A stretch of 64,000 nucleotides of DNA from positions 1,504,001 through 1,568,000 of the forward strand of contig CAVWLP010000002.1 in the NCBI GenBank assembly GCA_963755915.1, in the 5' to 3' direction. Positions 9,663 to 21,572 of the stretch are shown piece after piece (within the stretch, counting starts at the first letter, position 1; the number at the start of each line of letters is the position of its first letter). The notes under the pieces are model-generated. The model made no database searches. It was not told the origin of the DNA and was given only the letters and a program-made list of their open reading frames with translations. This DNA is from an uncultured Phycisphaerales bacterium. GTDB lineage: Bacteria; Planctomycetota; Phycisphaerae; Tepidisphaerales; Tepidisphaeraceae. Both the position numbers and the translations under genes were made by a program.

Positions 9663-12038
9663 TCATGCATTTTTTTGGCACAATAGATCTCTGCTTCTCC
9701 GCCGCCGCGCCATCGCTCCGATTCCGGCCGTTGCGGTCAGTCCCAAGCAGGCTGGCTCCGGCACGGCGGCAATGGTGGGGATTGGGAGATTGTTGGCGAT
9801 GGCGAAGGCGTCCAGCGCGGCGATGTCGCTCTCAGAGACACTTGCATCCGCGCCGTTATCCCCCTGCCCGAAATTCGCGGCCAGCGCGCTGAAATCGCTG
9901 CCGTTCACGGACGAGCCGTAGAGAAAATTCCCCTGGTCCCAGTTGGTATGCCCCGTTCCAAAATTCGCGGCCAGGATGCTGAAGTCGGAACCATTGACGG
10001 TCCCGTCGAGATTCGCGTCGCCGAGCAACGTATATTTCAATTCGATCTGGCCGGAGGAGAGACCAGCGACGATGCCGTCCCTGCCGTCGGCGAAGCCGAC
10101 GCCATAGTGGCCGCCCGAAGCCGCCGCGGTGAAGCTGGTGATGCCGGTGCTTCCGGCCCAGGTTCCGCCCGCGCAACCGGCTTCCAGATAACTGTAAATG
10201 GTCGAGATCGGATCGCTGGAACCGTAGGAGAGGAAGAGGTGCTCATTGGAGATATCGAGAATTCCGCCGGTGATGGTCAATCCCGCCCAGTGCTGGGGGC
10301 TGGCGAGGGTTACGTTGCCGCCGCTGATGTTTACGGCGAGGGTGGATGATGAGGGGGAGCCCGCGTCGGTTTGGAATGCGGCGGCGCCGGCGGTGTTGAA
10401 GAATGTCGCGCCATGTGCCCAGTTCTGTGTTCCGCCGAAGATCGCGGTGCCGGAATTGGTGAGGGATCCTGTCACGGCCAGGATACCCTCCGACATGAAC
10501 GTTCCGACGTTCACGACATTGGCCGCCGAGACCTGGGACGTATTGGTGAACGAGACGTTGTCGAAGAGCGTGGCGGTGACGCCGAGGATTTTTCCCGGGG
10601 TGATCGAAGCGTAGGCGCCGAGCAAATCGTCGGTATCGATGGTTAGTCCAGCGGCGCCGGTTATGTTGAGGGTGCCGGTGGTCCAGGTGAATGTTCCGCC
10701 GCTCATTTGGACGGAGGCGGTGTTGATGGTGCCGCCGCCGAGGGACAATGTTCCGCGGGTTTCGAGGTTGATGCCGAGGGGATCGGTGAAGGTTCCGTTA
10801 CCAGTGACGGCGAGCGTTCCCCTCGCTGTGGAGCCGGTGATCGGGGTGCCGATCTGGGTGCCGTTGGCGCTTGCGCTGCCACCGCTGAGGGAATAGTTTG
10901 CCGATCCGGTTTCGGAAGGTTCGGGTATTGCCAGGTTGCCATTATCGGTGTTGGTGCCTCCGGTTTGGGTGAAGCCTCCGGACCCGTCGCCGGCGATCGC
11001 CTCGAAGCCGGTGACAATGAGCGCGCCGGTGCCGCTGAGGTAGTATTGCCCGTCGCCGGGAATGCCGGCGTCGATTCCGGCGGCTCCCAGAGTGAGCGAG
11101 TTGGCGATATGGGTTCCGCCGGAGTGGTTAAAAACTCCTGGTCCGACCGCGCCAACATTCACGGCGCCAGAGTTAAGCGTGCCGGCTTCGAGATTAAAAG
11201 TTCCTGATCCCGCGTATTGGTTGTCTCCAACGCTAAGGTTGGTGGCAACGGTGGCGCCGCCGATCTGGGTATAAACTCCGGTTCCCTGGAATCCGACGGC
11301 GATGCCGCCGGTGGAATTCACGCCTCCGATTTGAAGGAAGGTGGCCCCGCCGATTCCGGAGCCATTTTCACCGATGGTCTCGCCGGTGGCATTGATGACG
11401 CCGTTGCCGCTGAGATTGTAGGTGCCGGTGCCGTAACTTTGGTTGACGACCAACTGCCCGTAGTTGCCTGTGCCGCCGGTCTGGGTGAAGGTCGCATTCC
11501 CGTTATAGCCGACGACAAGGTTGGTTGCCGTGAGGGTTGCGCTGCCGCTGAGATTGTAGACTCCGGAGTCAGATTGGTTGTAAGCGAGATAGAGCGTTGA
11601 GTTGGACAGTCCGGAAATGGAGTTGGTTCCTCCGCTCTGATCGATCTCGCCCTGCCCATTGGTGGAAGAGCCGGAATCGCCGACGTATTCATCGTTGGCG
11701 GAGAGATTGTTGGCGGAAATTTCCAGGTAAGAGACGGGCGTAGTGCGGCCCGACGGACTGGCGCTGATGTTCACCGTGTTCAGCGTGACCGCGGGGCCGG
11801 TGTAATCGTAAAGCACGTAACCACCGAACAACCCATCCCCCGGGACGAAGGCGCTGTCGCCCGCGCCGGGAACGCCCGAGGGATCCCAATTGGTGGCAGT
11901 AGACCAGTCGTCATTGCCGGATCCGCCAAACAACGCGGTTATCCATGTGTACGAGGTAGCCGAGTAACCGGCCGCCGCCGGGGACGTTGCGAGGGCGAGC
12001 GCAAAGAATTGCACTTTGCGATTGTTGCATTTCCTCAT
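9663..12038 (-). CDS. PEP-CTERM surface protein 2: beta-repeats plus the same C-terminal module
   Basis: GGAG RBS before ATG 12038, signal peptide, WSTATNWDP, QTGGT/YNLSG repeats, VPEPACLGLTATAGIGAMARRRR. Confidence 0.88.
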   Translation of the reverse strand: MRKCNNRKVQFFALALATSPAAAGYSATSYTWITALFGGSGNDDWSTATNWDPSGVPGAGDSAFVPGDGLFGGYVLYDYTGPAVTLNTVNISASPSGRTTPVSYLEISANNLSANDEYVGDSGSSTNGQGEIDQSGGTNSISGLSNSTLYLAYNQSDSGVYNLSGSATLTATNLVVGYNGNATFTQTGGTGNYGQLVVNQSYGTGTYNLSGNGVINATGETIGENGSGIGGATFLQIGGVNSTGGIAVGFQGTGVYTQIGGATVATNLSVGDNQYAGSGTFNLEAGTLNSGAVNVGAVGPGVFNHSGGTHIANSLTLGAAGIDAGIPGDGQYYLSGTGALIVTGFEAIAGDGSGGFTQTGGTNTDNGNLAIPEPSETGSANYSLSGGSASANGTQIGTPITGSTARGTLAVTGNGTFTDPLGINLETRGTLSLGGGTINTASVQMSGGTFTWTTGTLNITGAAGLTIDTDDLLGAYASITPGKILGVTATLFDNVSFTNTSQVSAANVVNVGTFMSEGILAVTGSLTNSGTAIFGGTQNWAHGATFFNTAGAAAFQTDAGSPSSSTLAVNISGGNVTLASPQHWAGLTITGGILDISNEHLFLSYGSSDPISTIYSYLEAGCAGGTWAGSTGITSFTAAASGGHYGVGFADGRDGIVAGLSSGQIELKYTLLGDANLDGTVNGSDFSILAANFGTGHTNWDQGNFLYGSSVNGSDFSALAANFGQGDNGADASVSESDIAALDAFAIANNLPIPTIAAVPEPACLGLTATAGIGAMARRRRSRDLLCQKNA

Positions 12039-12158
12039 TGATCTCCGCTGATTTCTCCGTTGCCCCCAAGGCCATTCGTGCACGTCGCGCGAGATGGCGT
12101 TCATCAAGAAATTGCGAGCGCAATGCTAGCTGGCGAGTCTATTCGAAGCAACGAAAAA

Positions 12159-15100
12159 CTAATGCGGATCGCGGTTCGGGCACCGTCGCCGGCGAATCAG
12201 CGCACCGCCCAGAACCAAACCCGCCAAGCACGCATCGCACGGCTCGGGCACGTCAGCAAGCAATCCATTGGCGGCCGCGAAAGCGCGGAGCGCCGCGATG
12301 TCGCCCGGTGAGACGCTTGCATCCGCCCCGCTGTCGCCCTGCCCAAAATTCGCGGCCAGGGCGCTGAAGTTGGAGCCGTTCACCGATGAGGTATAGAGGA
12401 AATTTCCCTGGTCCCAGTTGGTATGCCCGAGGTTGAAATTGGCGGCCAGGATGCTGAAGTCGGAGCCGTTGACGGTGCCGTCGAGGTTCGCATCGCCGAG
12501 TAATGTGTACTTGATTTCGATCTGGCCCGAAGAGAGGCCGGAGACGATGTTGTCGGCGCCGTCGGCGTAGCCGATGCCGTAACGAAAGCCGTTGGTCGGA
12601 GTCTGCGCTTGTCGAAATGATTCCCGGGCCGTTCCAGTGGCCGTTGTTAAAGCCGCTACGGATATACCCGACGATCGCGGAGATCGGATCCGAGGCGGAG
12701 CCGAAATCGATGAACATGTGATTGTTGGTCAGATCGAGAACGCCATTGCCGGAGATTACCAGCGAGCCCTGTGAGCTTGCGCCGGAGCCGGCGGCGAGTT
12801 GCAGCGTCGCGCTGCCGCCGATGGCAAGGCTTCCCGCGTTTCCCTGATTTGTGATGCCGGGCATGGAGACAAATCCCGAGCCGGTGATGGCAAGCGATTC
12901 GGTGTTGAGAGTTGGCGTGGTCTGACTAAGCGAGAGGGTAAGTCCGGTGATGTTGACGTAAAGATTCGAGCCATCGGACGCGTCCTGCTCGACGTTCAGC
13001 GCGTTGTCGTGAAGGATGGCGCTGGCGGCGCCGGCGATTCCATAGGGGGGGTTAAAAGTTGAGTTATAAAAGTCGTAGTAATCGCCAGGTGCGCCGGGAA
13101 AAGCCTCGGCGGTGAGCGTGGGCTGCACCGTGGTTGAGGTTGCCGAAGCGGTGGCGGTGGCGGTGCCGCCGTTGCCGGGGACGTAGTTGGAGTAAGTGAC
13201 GGAGCCGCCCGCGCCGGCGGTTGCGATGGCGACCGCGGTGACCGGATCGGAGCCGGAGCCTGTCGCGGAAGCGGAGGCGCCGGCGTTTGCGCCGTTGCCG
13301 GCGTTGCCGGGGCCGTTGGTCCATCCTCCGACGTTGCCGGTGGCATTGGAGGTGACGCTGACGGCGCTGCTTCCGGGTGCGGTGCCGCTGGTGGTTCCAG
13401 CAGCGGTTGAGGTCGCGCTGCCACCAGTTCCGTTCTCGCTGAAATCTTCCATGGGTTGCACGGTGCCGCCGGTGGCGATCGCGTTGATCGTGACGTTGGC
13501 GGTGGCCGAGAGATTGACGTTGGTCGTCGCGGCGCCGCCGACGACATTGGTATTGCCGGCGAGAGTAAAACCGGCAGCGCCGCCGTAGGATTCGTAGTCG
13601 GCGCTGACGAGCGATTCACCGCTGGTGGCGGCTGAGACGGTACTGGTGGCTGAGCCACCGTTGCCGGGATAAATGCTGTCCGATTCTCCACCTGCGCCGC
13701 CGGTTGCGATCTGCCGCAGATCGAGCTCACCACCGGTTGAACCGGAGAGTACGTTGCTGAGGTTTTCATTGGCGCCGGGGAAAGCGATAGCGCCTGATAA
13801 TCCTGCGCCGCCTGCGCCGCCGGTCACCTCGGCATCGAGGGAGACTTTGCCGGTTTTGGAGTAAGCGTCATCGGAGGAGATTGAAGCGCCGCCGCCGTTG
13901 CCGCCGTAATTGCCGATGCCCTGGCCGCTGCCTCCCGCGCCACCGGTGGCGATGGCGGTGGCCGACACATTTCCCGCATAGGTGATCCCGTAAGAGGTGG
14001 CGGTTGCCCCGCCGCCGCCGCCCCCCGTGCCCGACGAGCTGTTGCCGCCAGCTCCGCCGACGGCGGTGGAGACAGAGGCGGCCGTGAAAGAGTTGAAGAC
14101 GGTGCCGCTGGTGCTTGCCGTTGCGGTGGCGGTGGCGCCACCGCCGGCGCCGCCGGTTCCGCCGGTTACATTCCCGCCTGCGCCGTCGGAGGAAGTTGGA
14201 TTCTGGTAGTTGGCATCTGCCGTGGCGCTGACATTGCACAACCTTTGGATGCTGATGGTGGCGGTTGAGGTTGCGCCCGGATCGCCGAGGCTGGTGGAAC
14301 CTCCTCCGTTTCCGCCGTAGGCGCTGACAGCCCCCGTGACCGGCGCTCCGTTGAGGTTGTCAGTGTTGGTCATCGTATAGGTGGACGAAGCATTGCCGGC
14401 GTTTCCGGGCGTGCCGGTGTCGGAGTTTCCGCCGGATCCACCGACGGCGCCCTGATCGAAATTGAACGACACACCGGGTTGGGGTATGGAGTTACTGAGG
14501 CTAACGCCATATCCGTTTCCGCCCCGAGCGCCGTTAACCCCCGCGCCACCGCTGCCGCCGGCTTCGAGCAATAGAATGTTGGCGCTGTTGGCGGTGATGG
14601 AGAGTCCGCCAAGGCTCGGTGCGCCGCCCGCGCCGCCGCTGTAGGATGCGCCGCTTCCGGTTCCGCCGTTGCCGCCGTAAAGGCTGATATCCATCAGGAT
14701 CCCGGTCGCGGAGTTGTCGTCGGTGCCGGTAAAGCTTGCCGATCCCCCGGCTCCGCCGTTGCCGCTGGCGGAGCTGGAGACGGAGCCGCCGTAGCCGGCG
14801 CTCACAACGCCCGTGAAGTAGGCGTAGGCGCTCATCGAAAAAGTGGCGGTCATCGAAGCATTGCCGCCGATTCCCGCGTTCCCGGTGCCGGAGGAGATTG
14901 CACCCCCGACGCCATTTGCCGATCCATTGGCGGCTTTGGCCGTCAAGTTGAGGTCGGCCGACCCGGTGGTGTTGATGGTCACCGTGGCCGTGCCTCCCGG
15001 CGCCGCGTTGGCGTTGGAATCAGCGCCGCCGTTGCCGCCCGAGGCGGCGTCGTATACGCCCAAACCGGTGGGGGCGATGGTGGAGTCGTATTCACCGCTG

Positions 15101-15955
15101 AAATTGGCGGAGGCGTTTCCGGCCGCGCCGGCGGTTCCACCGTTGCTGCTGCCGCCGTTGCCGCCGATGGCGGCCTGGCTGAGCTGGAGATTACCCCTCG
15201 ATGAGCCCCCGGGAATGTTGCTGATCGATTCGGAAGCGCCGGCGCCGCCGTTGCTCACGGTATAGTCGTTGCCGCCATTTCCGCCGGTGACGGTGGCGCT
15301 GGCGTTGACGTTATCCTCGTCTCCGTTGGAGTTGGTCTCCTGGGCGTAGACCTGGCTAATGGAGGCGACGCCGCCATCGCCGCCGCCGCCGATGGGGCCG
15401 AAGCCGGCGCCGGAGTCGCCGCCGTTGCCTCCGGTCGCGGTGGCGGTGGCGTTGGTGATGCTTTGGGTTGAAATAGCGCCGGCGTAGGAGTCGGCGGTCC
15501 CGCCGTCGCCGCCTGCGCCGCCTTCGCCTTGGGAGCCCTTGGAGGGGAATCCGCCGTCCCCGCCGTCGCCGCCGTTTCCCCCGCCGCTGACGGCGGATGC
15601 GCTCTCCACGCCGGCGTAGGTGCTCGTTTCCGTCGAGGCGGACGCCGTGCCGCTGCCGCCCGCGCCTCCTGCGCCGCCGGTTCCCCCCCTGGAGCCGCTC
15701 CCCGTGGTTCCCGATCCGCCGCCGCCGCCCGGTCCGCCCGTGGCGGTGGCGGAATTGGAGGTGTCCGCATTGCCGGAGAGGTTGGCGATGGCCCCGCCGC
15801 CCTCGCTCCCGGACTCTCCGGTGCCGTCGGTTCCGTAAGTTCCATAGGTGCCCATCTTGGTTTGCGTATCGGCGATCAGAAGGCGCGGAGCGACCCCCAC
15901 CGTCGCGGCCGCAACGGCAAGGGCGATCCGGGCCGGCGCGGAGTCTTCCCTGCAT
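12159..15955 (-). CDS. PEP-CTERM surface protein 3: very Gly/Ala-rich (PGRS-like GGxGGxGG / ATATA) plus the same C-terminal module (frameshifts ~15935, ~12605)
   Basis: GAGGAG RBS before ATG 15955; ORF 12253-16245 body joins a frame ending DVPEPCDACLAGLVLGGALIRRRR at 12159. Confidence 0.82.
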
Positions 15956-16327
15956 TTCTGTCTCCTCTCAAACGGATGCGCAGTGCAACCGGTGAGTGAA
16001 ATGTCGGCCCCTTTTCTAGACTGGATTGGCGGGCATGATAGCAAAGTATTGCATAAATTCAATGTAAATGTTGAAGAAAAAACTAAACCCGCCGGCCGCA
16101 TCGAACTTCGCAGAAACCCCCTAAAATCGCCCGTGATCCTGCTTTTCTCGTAGCGGGGGAAATGGGCAATCCCCGCGGGCGCGGGTTTTGCCGGGCGACG
16201 CGGCGAAATTTGCGGCGATTCGCGGCGAAACTTAGTCCGACTCAAATTTAATTCGGGATAAGCGCGCTAGCCGATTGACCAATCAAAGCGGCGTCGCCGA
16301 ACGCGAATTTCACTCCCCGAGGCATGG

Positions 16328-17449
16328 ATGCTAAACCAGAATCGTCATCCCGTTCTTTACGTTCTTCACAGCAGCAACCTTTACGGCACCGAGCGGATGG
16401 CATTTGCGACCGCCCAGAGCCTGGAGGACGAATTTGAGACGATCTTCATCGGCCCGCCGGGGATCGGGCTGCTCGAGGCGCGGCGGCTTGGGTATGAGAC
16501 CCATTCCTATCGCACGAGCCGTCAACTGGCAGCCGTTTTGGCGCCGCTGCTTCGCAAATACCCCTCGCTGACGTTCGTCGGCACGGGGCCGCGGTATAAC
16601 CTGGTTTGCATCGCCCTCAATTTTTATTTCCGCTGTCGAATCCGGCAGCTTCAGATGGTGCATGGTGGCGGGGGGGAGTGGAACGATTACGGGCGCAAGA
16701 AAATCCTCAATCCGTTTAACGTCACGCTGGTCGGCGTTTCGGATTACGTACGGGACAAACTGATCGAATACGGCGTGCGGCCCGACCGGATTCAAGTCGT
16801 CAACAATTTCCTCCTGCCCGAGCAGGCACGCAGCGCGCCCCGGCGGGGGAAATTCATCACCGGCGTCCAGCGCGCGATCGTCGTGTCGCGCACCGTTCAG
16901 CTCAAACGGCTCGATTTGATCTTCGCGGCGATGGCCTGCCTGCCGGAGCTTGGACAATTGCCGATTGAGATCATCGGCGACGGACCCGAGCTGGCCACAC
17001 TGAGCCGGCAGGCGATCCAGTGGCATCCGAACGTCACATTTACCGGCTTTCGCGACGACGTGGCCCGGCGATACGCGCAATCCGATCTGCTGATTCACAC
17101 GTGTCCGACCGAGCCGTTCGGGCTGGTGATTCTGGAAGCAATGGCCGCGCGGGTGCCGGTGCTCGTTCCCGATACCGGCGGGGCGGCTTCGCTGGTGAAG
17201 GACGGGGTGAGCGGGTTCACGTTCAAAGCGAACGATCCGGTTGACCTGGCTCGCCGCCTCGCGGAATTGCGCGCCGCCGATCCGGATCTGCTTAACCGGA
17301 TCGTGGAAAACGCGGCCGCCCAGCTCGCCACGCGGTTTTCCGCGGAATTGGCCACAGACCGATATCGCACGCTGTTTGCTCCGGAAGAGCGTGTTTCGCC
17401 GTGGAGAATTATGCCCGCGAAGAAGCCGGCGGTGTTGAAGGCGGCGTAG
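16328..17449 (+). CDS. Glycosyltransferase family 4
   Basis: LYVLHSSNLYGTE, VSDYV, IIGDGP, EPFGLVILEAMAARVPV. Confidence 0.9.
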   Translation: MLNQNRHPVLYVLHSSNLYGTERMAFATAQSLEDEFETIFIGPPGIGLLEARRLGYETHSYRTSRQLAAVLAPLLRKYPSLTFVGTGPRYNLVCIALNFYFRCRIRQLQMVHGGGGEWNDYGRKKILNPFNVTLVGVSDYVRDKLIEYGVRPDRIQVVNNFLLPEQARSAPRRGKFITGVQRAIVVSRTVQLKRLDLIFAAMACLPELGQLPIEIIGDGPELATLSRQAIQWHPNVTFTGFRDDVARRYAQSDLLIHTCPTEPFGLVILEAMAARVPVLVPDTGGAASLVKDGVSGFTFKANDPVDLARRLAELRAADPDLLNRIVENAAAQLATRFSAELATDRYRTLFAPEERVSPWRIMPAKKPAVLKAA

Positions 17450-17552
17450 AGCGCGGCGACTCCATTTAAGCGCGGCATCCCTCAGAAAAATCGATGCGGC
17501 ATATCTCGATGAGGAAACCTCCACCTTTTTCCGCACTCGTGTCCCCCTTTTT

Positions 17553-17592
17553 CCCCCTCTCCCGGTACGCCGGGAGAGGGCTGGGGTGAGGG
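17553..17592. repeat. REP-like hairpin repeat, copy 2
   Basis: ccccctctcccggtacgccgggagagggctggggtgaggg between convergent genes; matches 2493-2532. Confidence 0.75.
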
Positions 17593-17770
17593 CCTGAATG
17601 CATCCCGCAAGATCGTGGCCGCCATGCCTCAACGCCGGCCTTCCTCAACGAGTTTGCGAGTCGTCAAATTCCTCGCAAGAGAAGTTCGGGGGAAATTGAT
17701 CAGTCCGCGAACAGCCTTTTTTGTCCCCGCTCGCCGCGCCGGTGAAATTGGTTTAATCCTTGTTGCCGGT

Positions 17771-19189
17771 TTATCCGCGCATGTTGTTGAAGTCTTTTTC
17801 ATGATGTCGGTTTATAGTCCGTTCAAGAATCAGCGTTTGGGATTGCCCCATCGGCGGAAGAGTTCCTATCCGCCTACGGATTAGCTGTCGCGTTACCAGC
17901 GGTGTGCACAGCCTTGCGCCGGCGGCGATGGTCTTTATAATGTGTTCGTCGCTGTGCGCACATCCCACAAACATCGCCTCAAACTGGCTCGGCGCAAGCA
18001 TTACGCCTTCTTCCAGCATCGCGTGGAAAAATCGCCCATACGCCGCCGTATCGCAAGCCGTCGCCTCTTTATAATTCGAAACCGCTTTCCCCTTCTTCAC
18101 AAAAAACGGCGTAAGCATCGACCCGACTCGATTGACCACCATCGGCACGCCCGCCTCATTGGCCGCGTCGATCAATCCCGCCTCCAGCGCCGCCGATCGC
18201 TGCTCCAACGTGTCATACGATCCCGGCTCCTTCATGATTTCCAGCGTCGCCAGCCCGGCGCTCATCGCCACCGGATTTCCGCTCAGCGTCCCCGCCTGGT
18301 AGACGCTTCCCGCGGGGCTGACCTGCTCCATCAGATTCCGCGACCCCGCATACGCCCCCACCGGCAATCCGCCGCCGATGATTTTTCCCAGGCAGGTCAG
18401 ATCGGCGCTTACGCCATAAATCGCCTGCGCCCCGCCAAATGCAACGCGAAAGCCCGTCATCACCTCGTCAAAAATCAGCAGCGACCCATGCTTTGAGCAG
18501 AGCTGCCGCAGTCCCGGCAGATATTCGGGATCGGGCGGCACCACGCCCATGTTTCCCGCGATTGGCTCCACGATGAAGCAGGCGATTTCCTTCCCATGCT
18601 GCGAGAATAATTTCTGCGCCGCTGCCAGGTCGTTATAAGGCGCCAGCAGCGTGCAGCTTGTGATCGGCTTGGGCACGCCCGGACTTGAAGGCGTCCCCAG
18701 TGTCAGCGCACCGCTTCCCGCCTGCACCAGCAGGGCGTCGGAATGCCCGTGATAGCATCCGATACATTTGACAATTTTATCGCGTCCGGTTGCCGCCCGG
18801 GCCAGGCGGATGGCGCTCATCACCGCTTCGGTTCCGCTGTTCACGAACCGCACCATCTCCAGGTGCGGCATGGCCGCGATGATCTCCTCCGCCAGATCGG
18901 TCTCCGCCTCGGTAGGGGCCCCAAAGCTCGTGCCGCGCCCGATCGCCTTGGCGATCGCCGCCACCACGCGCTCATTCGCGTGCCCCGCGATCAGCGGACC
19001 GTAGCTGGCAACGTAATCGATATAGGAATTCCCATCGACATCCTTGACCACGCACCCTCTTCCCTCGCCAATAAACACCGGCGTCCCGCCCACGGCCTTG
19101 AACGCCCGCACCGGCGAAGAAACGCCGCCGGGCATCACCCGCGAGGCGCGGGAATAAGCGGCGATCGACTTGGTGAAATCCAAACCCAT
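17771..19189 (-). CDS. hemL: Glutamate-1-semialdehyde 2,1-aminomutase (true stop probably ~17874 after repair of a frameshift ~17915)
   Basis: [64 protein letters not shown]. Confidence 0.95.
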   Translation of the reverse strand: MGLDFTKSIAAYSRASRVMPGGVSSPVRAFKAVGGTPVFIGEGRGCVVKDVDGNSYIDYVASYGPLIAGHANERVVAAIAKAIGRGTSFGAPTEAETDLAEEIIAAMPHLEMVRFVNSGTEAVMSAIRLARAATGRDKIVKCIGCYHGHSDALLVQAGSGALTLGTPSSPGVPKPITSCTLLAPYNDLAAAQKLFSQHGKEIACFIVEPIAGNMGVVPPDPEYLPGLRQLCSKHGSLLIFDEVMTGFRVAFGGAQAIYGVSADLTCLGKIIGGGLPVGAYAGSRNLMEQVSPAGSVYQAGTLSGNPVAMSAGLATLEIMKEPGSYDTLEQRSAALEAGLIDAANEAGVPMVVNRVGSMLTPFFVKKGKAVSNYKEATACDTAAYGRFFHAMLEEGVMLAPSQFEAMFVGCAHSDEHIIKTIAAGARLCTPLVTRQLIRRRIGTLPPMGQSQTLILERTINRHHEKDFNNMRG

Positions 19190-19200
19190 GGTTCTGAATC

Positions 19201-19830
19201 TTACGAACGTGGAATATTCCCAACAATGCTCTTGACCACCGCCGCCAGATTCTTCAGCGCCAGCTTCGAATTGCTCTGCAATCGCATCATGACCGGGACC
19301 AGGCCCGGATGGAACATCAAATCCGTCGACACCTTCGCCATCTTCGGCTCGCCGACCTCATCGACCCACGTTGCGATCCGGTCTGGCAGCGCCTCATCGG
19401 CGCGATCGCTGATCGCCCGAATATGAATGAATTCCTTCCCCGCCTCCTCGCAATACCGGCGGACGACCAGGCTTTCCATATCAACCGCAATGCATCCGCT
19501 CTCGCGAAATATCCGTTGCTTCTCTGTGACCGAACTGATGAGCTGCGGCGAAGGGTAGATTTTCCCGCGGCGAACTCCCCCTCCCTTTTCCTCGCCAGGG
19601 GCGGTGAAAGCAGGGGGGGCATCGAGAACGACATCACCAATACTTAGCCCCGGATCCAGCCCTCCCCCCAACCCCGCAAGAATGATCCGATCGAATCGGG
19701 CCAACACCCCAGGGTCAAGAATTTTCGCCCCGATTCCGATAATTTCGAGCGGAATATCGTCCGCGGCCGGCGCGATGGCCCCGGCTTCCATCTTCATCGC
19801 CGCAAGGATTATGCAATTTTCACTCGCCAT
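19201..19830 (-). CDS. hpnG: Hopanoid-associated nucleoside phosphorylase (PNP_UDP_1 family)
   Basis: [25 protein letters not shown] motifs; divergent from hpnH. Confidence 0.75.
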   Translation of the reverse strand: MASENCIILAAMKMEAGAIAPAADDIPLEIIGIGAKILDPGVLARFDRIILAGLGGGLDPGLSIGDVVLDAPPAFTAPGEEKGGGVRRGKIYPSPQLISSVTEKQRIFRESGCIAVDMESLVVRRYCEEAGKEFIHIRAISDRADEALPDRIATWVDEVGEPKMAKVSTDLMFHPGLVPVMMRLQSNSKLALKNLAAVVKSIVGNIPRS

Positions 19831-19879
19831 TGTGCGACCATTGTAACTACCGCCCCCCAGCGGGTATGCTCCCGATTCT

Positions 19880-21003
19880 ATGCCAGTCCCGGTCTCACAG
19901 ATGTGGACGGTTGCGACCTACGTGCTACGCCAGAAGCTGGCCGGCCGCAAACGCTATCCGCTCGTCCTGATGCTCGAGCCCCTCTTCCGCTGCAACCTCG
20001 CCTGCGCCGGCTGCGGCAAGATCCAGTATCCCGCCCACGTCCTGAAAAAGAATCTCACCCCCGAGCAATGCTTCAAGGCCGTCGAGGAATGCGGCGCGCC
20101 CATGGTCAGCATCCCCGGCGGCGAGCCGCTGCTCCACCCGCAGATCGACGAAATCGTCGCCGGCCTCGTCGCCCGCAAAAAATACGTCTACCTCTGCACC
20201 AACGCCCTGCTCCTGAAGGAAAAGCTCGACCTCTTCAAGCCGAGCAAATATCTCACCTTCAGCGTCCACATGGACGGCCAGCGCGACCACCACGATTTTT
20301 CCGTCTGCCGCGAGGGCGGCTACGACATCGCCGTCGAGGGAATCCGCGAAGCCGTCAAGCGCGGCTTCCGCGTCACCACCAACACCACCCTCTTCGACGG
20401 CACCGACCCCAACAGCGTCCGCGCCTTCTTCGACGAAATGATGGACCTCGGCGTCGAGGGAATGATGCTCTCGCCCGGCTACAGCTACGATAAAGCCCCC
20501 GATCAGCAGCATTTCCTCGGCCGCGCCCGCACCCGCCGACTCTTCGGCGCCATCCTCAGCAACCGCAAGAAACGCTGGAAATTCAACCAGAGCCCCCTCT
20601 TCCTCGAATTCCTCATGGGCCGCCGAAATATCGCTGCACCCCCTGGGGCATGCCCACGTTCAACGTCTTCGGCTGGCAGAAGCCCTGCTATCTCCTCCAG
20701 GACGGCTACTGCGAAACCTTCGCCGAGCTGATCGAAACCACCGAGTGGGAGCGCTACGGCACCGAAAGCGGCAACCGCAAGTGCGCCAACTGCATGGTCC
20801 ACAGCGGCTATGAAGCCAGCGCCGTCGACGACACCTTCGGATCGATCGCCGGAATCATCCGCACCGCCAAGGCGACTCTGTTTGGCCGAGACTACGCCGA
20901 CGAGAAGGCGCTGCAGACCTTGAAGGAGCCGTTCCCGGCGGCGCAAGAGCAACGGGTGGAGCTGACGATTCATAAAACCGGGAAGGAAATGGAAACGGTC
21001 TAG
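19880..21003 (+). CDS. hpnH: Adenosylhopane synthase, radical SAM (frameshift ~20628)
   Basis: [57 protein letters not shown]. Confidence 0.95.
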
Positions 21004-21007
21004 TAGA

Positions 21008-21124
21008 AAACCAGAATCCCGAAACCAGAATGACGAATCAAACCAGAAATCAGAATGACGAATGAGTTTTCGTCATTTGGTAATTCGGATTTGATTCGGG
21101 TTTCGGATTTCTGGTTTCGGGTTT
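21008..21124. repeat. Palindromic heptamer-array repeat (diverged variant)
   Basis: aaaccagaatcccgaaaccagaatgacgaatcaaa... mirrored by ...tttgattcgggtttcggatttctggtttcgggttt; shares the GAATGACGAATCAAA core with 457-648. Confidence 0.8.
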
Positions 21125-21131
21125 AACCCTT

Positions 21132-21557
21132 ATGCCTCAGGAAACCAAATCCCGTCCCTTCGACGCCGAGCACGCGGAAACCGTCCCCGGCTTCGAGCAC
21201 GAAAACTTTGAGGGCCTCATCCCCTCACTGGCCACCGACGACGAAATCCGCGCCGCCCTCGAAAAAGCCTTCGACTACCGCGGCGACGTCACCATCACCC
21301 GCAAAGACGGCACCTCCATCGAGGGCTACATCTTCGACCGCCGCACCGGCAAAACCCTCGCCGACTCATCCGTTCGCCTTTTCCCCAAGGACCGCGACGA
21401 GAAAATCTCCATCTCCTTCGCCGACATCGCGAAACTCGCCTTCACCGGCCGCGACACGGCCGCGGGGAAGAGCTTCGAAACGTGGGTGAAGAAATACCGC
21501 GAGAAAAAAGCCGCTGGCGAGAAAAACATCCGGTTGGAGCCGGAAAAACTGGATTGA
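21132..21557 (+). CDS. Hypothetical protein downstream of hpnH (possible Sm-like fold)
   Basis: Host-like codon usage; AFDYRGDVTITRKDG..IEGYIFD. Confidence 0.75.
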   Translation: MPQETKSRPFDAEHAETVPGFEHENFEGLIPSLATDDEIRAALEKAFDYRGDVTITRKDGTSIEGYIFDRRTGKTLADSSVRLFPKDRDEKISISFADIAKLAFTGRDTAAGKSFETWVKKYREKKAAGEKNIRLEPEKLD

Positions 21558-21572
21558 CCGGCTTCTCCTCTC

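Noticed and set aside
7535-12740. Diversity-generating retroelement (TR/VR) among the similar PEP-CTERM tails
   Set aside because: All copies are coding, differences look mostly synonymous and not adenine-specific, and no reverse transcriptase is in the window
16160-16200. Riboswitch upstream of the PEP-CTERM/GT4 divergent pair
   Set aside because: Only a GC-rich hairpin; I could not match the conserved core of any riboswitch class I know
16331-17632. 433-aa minus-strand ORF
   Set aside because: Antisense shadow of the GT4 gene with no recognisable motifs
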